Source: an uncultured Bacilli bacterium (lineage in GTDB: Bacteria > Bacillota_I > Bacilli_A > RF39 > UBA660). Taken from it: DNA of 32,000 nt. The stretch lies in the NCBI GenBank assembly GCA_944363715.1, contig CALVUX010000006.1, positions 41,783 through 73,782 of the forward strand, given 5' to 3'. A program made the position numbers and the translations under genes. The notes beneath the pieces are model-generated. The model saw nothing but the letters and a program-made list of their open reading frames with translations, did not search any database and was not told the origin of the DNA. This document shows positions 18,437-25,076 of this stretch, piece after piece (position 1 is the stretch's first letter; each line of letters begins with the position of its first letter).

Positions 18437-20026
18437 TTAAATTAACTTAAACTTATAATATATATCAATATTTTTTTCTTCATCTATCTCTATTCTATCA
18501 ATTAGTGAACTAATTAATGCACGAGATGGATTTTTCATCTCTAAAAATTCTTTAATTTTATCTAGATAAAAATTATCATTAGTTTCCCCATTATTTTCTA
18601 AATTATATAGAGCTCTTTCATATTCTAGTTTCTTTTTCTTTGATTCATTAATCTCTAGAGTCAAGTTGTTGTAAGTTCTCTTATACATTTCTAAAGTTAT
18701 ATTTCCCTCTAATTTATCATTATAGCAAATATCTATTTTTTTATTAGCATTTTCTATTGCGGTCTCTAATCTAAATATTTCTCCTTTAATACTATCTTTT
18801 TTCTTTTTGATTCTATCATTTGTTTTTAATATACTTTCAAGAGTTTTTTCATCTAAATATTTCTTTGCCATTTTTCGTAAATTATCTAAAACTATATTTT
18901 CTATAATTTGATATTTAATAGAATGAGGTGTGCATACATCTTGTTTTTTTCTTTTAGCCCAATAATTACAATTACCATAAATTCGGCTAACCTCTCCATA
19001 TTTTTTAGTTTGTTGTTTATGTTCTCTAAATCCAATCGTATGCTTACAATCTTTACAATATATTAAACCACGAAGTAAAAGTTTATCAGTTATGCCATTA
19101 CCTTTGCCACGATTTTTATTACTCTTAAACATTTCTTCGGCAAGTTCAAATGTTTCTTTAGCAATTATGGGTTCTACTGCACCAACTGATATAATCCAAT
19201 CATTTTCTTTATTATGAACTCTTTTTTTAGATTTGTAATTAACTTTCCTTTGACGACATTGTGTCAGATTTCCAATATAAGTTGGATTTTTAAGAATATC
19301 ATTAACTGTCCTCGTTGCCCAAACACCATAATGAACATTGTCTTGTCCTAACTTCATATTTTTTTGCATACTAGGTGTTGGTATATGTTCACTTGTTAAA
19401 GTGTCACATATTTTGCTTAAACTATCGCCACTTGTAAACATATCAAATATTCTTCTAACCACATTAGCAGATTCTTCATCAATTTCAAGTTTGTGCTTAT
19501 CTTCTTCATTCTTTTTATAGCCATAAGGAGCGTATGCTCCAACAAATAAACCATTTCGTTTTTTAGTATATAAAGAACTTCGGAGTTTATTTGATATATC
19601 TTTAACATACATATCATTAAAAGCACTTTTAAATACTAACATATCATTTGCTGAACTATCTCTTTTAAAAGTATCTACCCCATCATTAACTGCTACATAT
19701 CTAATGTTATGTTCTGGAAAATATCTTTCTACATAATAACCAAACTCAATATGGTCTCTACCTAATCTTGATGTATCTTTAGTTATAATCATATTTATTT
19801 TCTTTTCTTCGCAGTCTTTAATCATACGATTAAATCCTACTCTATCAAAAGTTGTTCCAGATACACCATCATCTATATATTCATCTACAAATAATAAATC
19901 ATTATCTCTAATATAATTTAAAAGCAAATCTCTTTGTGTAGAGATACTACCACTCTCACCTAACCTTTCATCTTCTCTAGATAATCTTAAATATATTCCT
20001 ACCTTATAGGTTGTGTCTGTTACCAT
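18437..20026 (-). CDS. Large serine recombinase (integrase)
   Basis: Resolvase catalytic domain (YLRLSREDE, SISTQR), recombinase domain, Cys-rich zinc ribbon (CKDCKH...CNYW...C) and a C-terminal coiled coil. 529 aa. Confidence 0.92.
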   Translation of the reverse strand: MVTDTTYKVGIYLRLSREDERLGESGSISTQRDLLLNYIRDNDLLFVDEYIDDGVSGTTFDRVGFNRMIKDCEEKKINMIITKDTSRLGRDHIEFGYYVERYFPEHNIRYVAVNDGVDTFKRDSSANDMLVFKSAFNDMYVKDISNKLRSSLYTKKRNGLFVGAYAPYGYKKNEEDKHKLEIDEESANVVRRIFDMFTSGDSLSKICDTLTSEHIPTPSMQKNMKLGQDNVHYGVWATRTVNDILKNPTYIGNLTQCRQRKVNYKSKKRVHNKENDWIISVGAVEPIIAKETFELAEEMFKSNKNRGKGNGITDKLLLRGLIYCKDCKHTIGFREHKQQTKKYGEVSRIYGNCNYWAKRKKQDVCTPHSIKYQIIENIVLDNLRKMAKKYLDEKTLESILKTNDRIKKKKDSIKGEIFRLETAIENANKKIDICYNDKLEGNITLEMYKRTYNNLTLEINESKKKKLEYERALYNLENNGETNDNFYLDKIKEFLEMKNPSRALISSLIDRIEIDEEKNIDIYYKFKLI

Positions 20027-20038
20027 TTCTACTCCAAT

Positions 20039-20194
20039 CTATAAGTTCGAGATTATATCGGTATTTATTATACCATTATTTTCGTATAAATTAAATTCTT
20101 TATCTAGAAAAGATGCTAAAAAATTACTTATTAATTCATTAAGTGTTATTCCATTTTCATTAAAAATATTATTTACTTTATATTCTTTTTCCAT
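20039..20194 (-). CDS. Possible 51-aa ORF upstream of the recombinase
   Basis: My own translation gives MEKEYKVNNIFNENGITLNELISNFLASFLDKEFNLYENNGIINTDIISNL. It fills the gap upstream of the recombinase on the same strand. No motif recognised. Confidence 0.3.
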   Translation of the reverse strand: MEKEYKVNNIFNENGITLNELISNFLASFLDKEFNLYENNGIINTDIISNL

Positions 20195-20327
20195 AGGGCA
20201 CCTCTATAAATGTATATGCACCTAAATTAATATTATTTTGTATAAGTTTGTCTATCTTCATTAAATACCTCCTTTGTCTAAATTTGCTGTTTTTTCTAAC
20301 ATATTACATTCAATCCTTTCTTCTTTT

Positions 20328-20747
20328 TTATTCAAACTCTTTTAGTAGTTCTTTCATTTCTTTTAATTCTTCTTCGGTTGGTGGAATAGATTCTTCTCTT
20401 TTACCATTCCAAACTTCTACACCATCTGGATCAATTCGTATATGAGGTCCACTTTTACCATTTATTAGTTCATTTTGATTATTAGCAATATCTATTACAG
20501 TAATAAAACTTTGTATGTTATTGTTAGTAATATAAGAATTAAGGTAACCTTTAATAAATACTTTAGTTCCTTTAACAAAAAAATCTTTATAGATCGTATA
20601 AAGATTTCGGTTAATATTTAAACTTGAATATATTTTTCTTTTATCATATTTTAAGGTAGTTAAACCAAACTTGATATAATCTTTATTATTATCTGTCACA
20701 TTATTTATAGTTCCAGATATTATTATCTCATTTAAATCAATTTCCAT
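20328..20747 (-). CDS. Hypothetical protein, possibly an OB-fold SSB-like protein
   Basis: AAAGGAG RBS. The pattern IIISGTI...F.L......I...N....Y..FFVKGTKVFIKGYL plus an acidic tail (EELKEMKELLKEFE) resembles single-stranded DNA-binding proteins. Confidence 0.45.
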   Translation of the reverse strand: MEIDLNEIIISGTINNVTDNNKDYIKFGLTTLKYDKRKIYSSLNINRNLYTIYKDFFVKGTKVFIKGYLNSYITNNNIQSFITVIDIANNQNELINGKSGPHIRIDPDGVEVWNGKREESIPPTEEELKEMKELLKEFE

Positions 20748-20889
20748 TTTTTGCTCCTTTCATTTTAATTTATTTAGTTATTTAAATTATTAAAATAATT
20801 TTAAATTTATATTATTTATTATAATTATTTATTAATATTATTTATTCTGTTAGAAGATTCTTGCTATTATATATAGCAAGATACTGCTA

Positions 20890-21171
20890 CTAACTATAGA
20901 AGATATTTGCTAAATATATTCTTCGTATATTAGGTTCATTTTCTACTTTAATATATTTTTTTCTTTTTAATGAAGTTATGCAACTTGTAATAGTTCTCTT
21001 TGATACTTTCATATGATTACTTAAATACCTATTATTCGCATAACAAAAACCCTCTTGCATAGTTAAAGTAGTGATTAATCCCATTAATAGTTTAGCAGTA
21101 GAAGAAACATCTTCATCTAATAGAACTATCATTGGTACTTGTACATATTTTAAATTACTTATATCTGTCAT
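20890..21171 (-). CDS. Small winged-helix/HTH protein
   Basis: AAAGGAGG RBS. YLSNHMKVSKRTITSCITSLKRKKYI is HTH-like, as seen in replication-module or regulator proteins of mobile elements. Confidence 0.55.
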   Translation of the reverse strand: MTDISNLKYVQVPMIVLLDEDVSSTAKLLMGLITTLTMQEGFCYANNRYLSNHMKVSKRTITSCITSLKRKKYIKVENEPNIRRIYLANIFYS

Positions 21172-21203
21172 ATTATCGTCCTCCTTTCCTTATTTTTTTA
21201 AAC

Positions 21204-21230
21204 AAAAAAACTTGTAAAATATCTTACAAG
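21204..21230 (-). terminator. Rho-independent terminator (minus strand)
   Basis: CTTGTAA (21211-21217) pairs with TTACAAG (21224-21230). On the minus strand it is followed by seven T (plus-strand A-run 21204-21210). Confidence 0.6.
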
Positions 21231-21386
21231 TCATACCGATATAAACTACAAAAAGGCAATACTAACCCAGAGACCTTATTTTAAATCCTGTCTCTAGGAT
21301 TGAAGTATTTTAGTCTTATAGACTAGGTTCTAATATAAATCTACGAACATTTACTGAACCTTTATTTGTTAGCGATTTAATCTTTT

Positions 21387-21704
21387 CTAACAAAACTCGT
21401 ATGTGTATAATCCTCTGCTATATTCAATGAACTTTATATATTTATTATCTTCTAATATTTGTAAGTTCTTTTTGAATCCAACATTTGTTATACTTAAGTG
21501 ATTTTGAACTCTACCTATACTTATGCTTGTGAACTTACTTCTTTGTGATTGTTCTGCACAAAGTATTTTGTATATAAGTTTAGTTTCAAACTTTATATTC
21601 TTGTCTTTCCATATCTTTGGATTAATTAATTCTAGTTGTTTGTTCTTCGACATACATTTGATTTCCTCCCTTCCTGTATTCAATAATTGTTTTATTGTGT
21701 ACAT
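21387..21704 (-). CDS. Hypothetical small protein (possible wHTH)
   Basis: 105-aa ORF divergent from the XRE repressor gene, in the position of a cro/excisionase-like partner. Start uncertain (21704 or the internal Met at MSKNKQ). Confidence 0.5.
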   Translation of the reverse strand: MYTIKQLLNTGREEIKCMSKNKQLELINPKIWKDKNIKFETKLIYKILCAEQSQRSKFTSISIGRVQNHLSITNVGFKKNLQILEDNKYIKFIEYSRGLYTYEFC

Positions 21705-21783
21705 CTGTACTCACTGACAAATTAATCTTAACATAGTAAATACTAACCTGTCAATACTTTTTTATTCATATTTTGCATTTTTG

Positions 21784-21812
21784 TTGACTTTTGTACTCAT
21801 TTGGTGTATGAT
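21784..21812 (+). promoter_or_regulatory. Sigma-A promoter of the XRE repressor gene
   Basis: TTGACT (21784-21789), 17-nt spacer, TATGAT (21807-21812). This places the transcription start after the tracked ATG 21815 and supports ATG 21833 as the start codon. Confidence 0.6.
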
Positions 21813-21832
21813 TAATGTGTGAGGTGAAAAAA

Positions 21833-22333
21833 ATGTCTAGTGATAAAACTATTGGTGAAGTAATTGCCGAAGCTAGAGAAGAAAAAAATCTATCTCAAAG
21901 ACAACTTGCAAAACTTGCTGGAATTAATAGTTCAGGTTTATCTAAAATAGAAGCAGGAGAAAGAGACCCTAGTCCTAAAATATTAAGAAAGATAAGTAAA
22001 TATATTGATGTTAATTATAATGATTTAATGTATAAAATGGGATTAGGTATTGAAGTTAGTCCATTAAATCCTTTTATTAAAGACTATTATTCTAACTTAA
22101 AAGGAAATGAATTAAATGAGGCAGAAATTAATGTTTTAGGTAATAAACAAAATTTAGAAAAATTAGTTTTATCTTGTGAAGAAAAACTAAAAGATAAAAA
22201 CATATTAGAAAGCGAAAAAGATTTATTACTACACACTATTGAAGATACAAATTACCAAATTAATACACAACAAGAAATAATAAACTTAATTCAAAGTTTA
22301 AAAGTAAAGGAGAGAAATAGAAATGCGAAATAG
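21833..22333 (+). CDS. cI-like XRE-family repressor
   Basis: HTH_3 motif LSQRQLAKLAGINSSGLSKIEAGERDPS. GAGGTG RBS before ATG 21833. Divergent arrangement with a small minus-strand gene. Confidence 0.85.
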   Translation: MSSDKTIGEVIAEAREEKNLSQRQLAKLAGINSSGLSKIEAGERDPSPKILRKISKYIDVNYNDLMYKMGLGIEVSPLNPFIKDYYSNLKGNELNEAEINVLGNKQNLEKLVLSCEEKLKDKNILESEKDLLLHTIEDTNYQINTQQEIINLIQSLKVKERNRNAK

Positions 22334-22751
22334 AAAAATATTAAATATTTTAGTTATACTATTATGTATATTTGTTATAGTAAGTTTTGTATTAACACAA
22401 ACTATTGCAACTGAATATTTTAAGAATATGTTTTGGGTTGCTAGTATGTTTCTTATGTGTGGTGTATTATTAGATCTTAATGCGTGGAGCAAATTAGGAT
22501 TAGATGTTGATAAAAACAAATCAAAAACTATTAGGAGAGGTTTTGATGATAGTACAACATTATTAGTTGTTTTTTATGGTAGTTTACTTTTAATAATTGT
22601 ATTTTTTAATCAGTTTAATAACGAAGTAATGAAAAACAACTATGTCATAATCGGATACTTTATTATGACAATAGAATTTGTATTATTTAATTATCTATCA
22701 ATATGGAATGCTAAAAAAGATACTATTAAATTATTAAAGGATAATAAATAA
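22323..22751 (+). CDS. Integral membrane protein (about 4 TM helices)
   Basis: Four hydrophobic segments. AAAGGAG RBS. The start overlaps the stop of the repressor gene. Confidence 0.7.
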   Translation: MRNRKILNILVILLCIFVIVSFVLTQTIATEYFKNMFWVASMFLMCGVLLDLNAWSKLGLDVDKNKSKTIRRGFDDSTTLLVVFYGSLLLIIVFFNQFNNEVMKNNYVIIGYFIMTIEFVLFNYLSIWNAKKDTIKLLKDNK

Positions 22752-22760
22752 TACAAAAAA

Positions 22761-22804
22761 ATAGCCTTTTACCTTTTCGTTAGATTAGGTATTAGGCTAT
22801 TTTT
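22761..22804 (+). terminator. Terminator of the XRE/membrane-protein operon
   Basis: ATAGCCT (22761-22767) pairs with AGGCTAT (22794-22800), with an inner ACCT/AGGT pairing, followed by TTTT. Confidence 0.5.
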
Positions 22805-22809
22805 CATAT

Positions 22810-22871
22810 AAGAATGCGTGGCAAGTTTTGTTGCTTTAGCAATGAAATTGGCGATAGCATTCTTCTTTTTT
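22810..22871 (+). terminator. Second long hairpin plus T-run
   Basis: AAGAATGC (22810-22817) pairs with GCATTCTT (22857-22864), followed by C and TTTTTT (22866-22871). Confidence 0.4.
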
Positions 22872-22897
22872 ATGAAACGTAAGTTGAAATAAAAAAG

Positions 22898-22944
22898 GCA
22901 CTATATTACTACATATCATAAATACATACATAGTAATATAGTGC
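22898..22944. repeat. Perfect 14-bp inverted repeat
   Basis: GCACTATATTACTA (22898-22911) and TAGTAATATAGTGC (22931-22944) with a 19-nt loop, read directly. Confidence 0.85.
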
Positions 22945-22976
22945 TTGACTGGGGTTTCAAAAGGGTTCTCCCTTTG

Positions 22977-23044
22977 CACACTATTCCTAGATGGCTTGTC
23001 CATCTTGGTAGTGTGTTACTATCTTGTCTTAAAGATAGTTTTTT
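22977..23044 (+). other. Compound stem-loop carrying a TAGTGTGTTA motif, followed by a terminator hairpin
   Basis: CACACTA (22977-22983) pairs with TAGTGTG (23009-23015), with an inner AGATGG/CCATCT stem. Then ACTATCTT (23018-23025) pairs with AAGATAGT (23032-23039), followed by TTTTT. Confidence 0.6.
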
Positions 23045-23092
23045 ATGGAATTTTAATTAGATATAGAGATTATTTTATATTTCATAAATTGT

Positions 23093-24673
23093 CTATCTTG
23101 TTTTTCCCTTTGATTCTATATTCATTTCATATGAATATAGTCTGTCTAATTGTTCAGGTGTAATGTGAATCACTTTCCCACCTTTCGGATTAATTCTTTC
23201 TCCACCAAATACTATCCATATTGCATCAAGTGGCATATCTGGCATTGAAGCTTCTCCATCAGTAAATATTATTTTATTTTCTACTCTTCTTGAAAAAGCA
23301 CCTACAGCAACATCAAAATCAGTTCCTCCACCACCTTCAAATCGCATATTTTCTATATCTTCTTCTGTTCTAATTTCATGAAATCCATAAAATTCTGTAT
23401 CAAAACATCCTACTTTTAATTTAGTATGTTGTAATATATTCTTACATTCTCTTAAAAAGTTCTTTAATAATACTTCATTTATTGAACCACTTGTATCAAG
23501 AACAATTTCAGTTTCTGGCATTGGTTGCTCTTCTAAATTAGCAGTAACAACTCCATCTTCTAATGTAGCATTTTTATATGACCAATCTACATCATATTTA
23601 ATTGCTTCTCTCAAAACATATCGCCAATCAACTATTGGTTTTGCAATACCAATATCATTAACTGTTCTAACATCTCTATTTGTTGAAGTTCCTGCTTGTG
23701 ATGCTTGTTTAGAAATTGCTTCTTTTAATTCTTCAAGTTGCTTTTTCTTATCTTCAAGATTTTTCTTAAAAGCATCTTTTTCTCCCATGCTCTCAAGTTC
23801 TTCTTGTTTCTTTTCTAGTTCATTCTTTTCTTTTTCTTTTGTATCTTTTCCTAAAAGTTTATCTAATAAGCTCTCTTTTTTATCAGATTTTTCTTGCTGC
23901 TTTTTGTGCTTTTTAACTGCTTGCTCCCACATACTATGAGTATCATGTCCAACATCTTGCTTTGATTTATCTTCTTCTTGTAAATCTTTTCCAGAGTCAC
24001 CACCGCTTTGTTCTTGGGATTGCTTATCTTGTTCTTGTGAATTTCCACTATTAGAACTATTTTGTTGTTGAGATTGTTGCTGTTCATCTCCACTTTGTCC
24101 TGCTCCACTATCTTGTTTCTGGTCTTCTTGATTTTGGGAATCGCCAGTTTGTTGTTGTGATTGAGATTGTTGTTGACCATTTTCGCCTTGACTACTACCA
24201 CTGCTTTGTTGTTGATTTTGTTGCTGATTACCTTGTTTACTTTGACTATTACCTTGTCCATTTTGTTGTTGTCTTTGTTGTTTTTCTTGTAATAGTTTGT
24301 CATATAACTGTTCAGCATCGTAATTAATAGCTTCTGCCATATCAACACCCCCCAGAGCCATTTTTAATCCGTCTCGTTTTAAAAACTGATTAATAACACC
24401 ATCTGTAGCAATATTCCATAACTCTGGATCTTTGCCTTCACTTCTTAAGATATGATTAAATGCAATATGACATACTTCATGAGCAAATATAAAAGTTTGT
24501 TCTTCAACACTTAAACTTTCTAAATATTTTGGATTATAGTAAATTGTTTCTCCATCTGTACCTGCGGTTAGTATATCTTTGTTTTCTTTATAATCTACAC
24601 TTGCTACTACACTCCCAAAAAAGGGATATTTAACAAGCATTTTTCTTTTTAATGCTGCAATATCATATTTCAT
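23093..24673 (-). CDS. Metallopeptidase-like (DUF2201_N-type) + VWA-domain protein with a long low-complexity linker
   Basis: N-terminal FAHEVCHIAFNH (HExxH). Roughly 200 aa of Q/S/E/K-rich linker. C-terminal VWA-like domain with a MIDAS-type VLDTSGS. GAGG RBS before ATG 24673. Confidence 0.85.
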   Translation of the reverse strand: MKYDIAALKRKMLVKYPFFGSVVASVDYKENKDILTAGTDGETIYYNPKYLESLSVEEQTFIFAHEVCHIAFNHILRSEGKDPELWNIATDGVINQFLKRDGLKMALGGVDMAEAINYDAEQLYDKLLQEKQQRQQQNGQGNSQSKQGNQQQNQQQSSGSSQGENGQQQSQSQQQTGDSQNQEDQKQDSGAGQSGDEQQQSQQQNSSNSGNSQEQDKQSQEQSGGDSGKDLQEEDKSKQDVGHDTHSMWEQAVKKHKKQQEKSDKKESLLDKLLGKDTKEKEKNELEKKQEELESMGEKDAFKKNLEDKKKQLEELKEAISKQASQAGTSTNRDVRTVNDIGIAKPIVDWRYVLREAIKYDVDWSYKNATLEDGVVTANLEEQPMPETEIVLDTSGSINEVLLKNFLRECKNILQHTKLKVGCFDTEFYGFHEIRTEEDIENMRFEGGGGTDFDVAVGAFSRRVENKIIFTDGEASMPDMPLDAIWIVFGGERINPKGGKVIHITPEQLDRLYSYEMNIESKGKTR

Positions 24674-24683
24674 AACTTATACC

Positions 24684-25076
24684 TCAAATTCGTGCAACTA
24701 ATGAGAATATTTCTTCATTTATCTTATCTTTATTTATTTCGTTTGCTGTTACAATTATCACACAACTTTTTGGTAATTCAAATGTAGATATTTTTCTATG
24801 TTCTAACAATTCACAGAATTTTAATTGTTCTTCTTTTGCTATTGCATCAATTTTATCAATCACTAAAATTTTACTTGCATTTGTACTTAATATTTCACTA
24901 AGCCATTTTGGTGGCATAAAATCAGTTCCATCATAATGACCATTTAACTCTTTAACATCAACATTGGCAGGTAATACAACAGCACCATTTATATCTTTAC
25001 CAAATATAAAATCAACTAAAATTGGTGCAACATTTGCTCTTATATATGATAGTAATATTTCTTTCTTATCTCCCAT
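24684..25076 (-). CDS. Small degenerate AAA-like protein (no P-loop)
   Basis: KILVIDKIDAIAKEEQLKFCELLEHRKISTFELPKSCVIIVTAN parallels the Walker-B to sensor-1 region of the upstream ATPase, but no GxxxxGK[ST] motif is present. Its start overlaps the upstream stop as TAATG (25074-25078). Confidence 0.6.
   Translation of the reverse strand: MGDKKEILLSYIRANVAPILVDFIFGKDINGAVVLPANVDVKELNGHYDGTDFMPPKWLSEILSTNASKILVIDKIDAIAKEEQLKFCELLEHRKISTFELPKSCVIIVTANEINKDKINEEIFSLVARI

Noticed and set aside
20748-20889. Extremely AT-rich spacer with TTATTTAT-like reiterations and an 8-bp inverted repeat (CTTGCTAT...ATAGCAAG), considered as a replication origin or iteron array
   Set aside because: The repeats are too short and too low in complexity to distinguish from background in this genome. 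No DnaA-box-like or clear iteron periodicity was found. The inverted repeat may simply be the terminator or operator of the adjacent gene.
23863-24348. 161-aa minus-strand ORF (MLIWQKLL...) inside the VWA gene
   Set aside because: It is an alternative frame of the Q/S-rich repeat region. Its N/K-rich low-complexity translation is an artefact of repetitive CAA/AAC-type sequence. It has no RBS and lies entirely within a well-supported CDS.
24684-24686. Possibility of genetic code 4 (TGA = Trp), given the Mollicutes-like clpB/CIRCE features
   Set aside because: TGA at 24684-24686 ends an ORF 10 nt before a GAGG RBS and the next ATG. All long ORFs are intact under the standard code, and a sortase/LPXTG-type system implies a cell wall.
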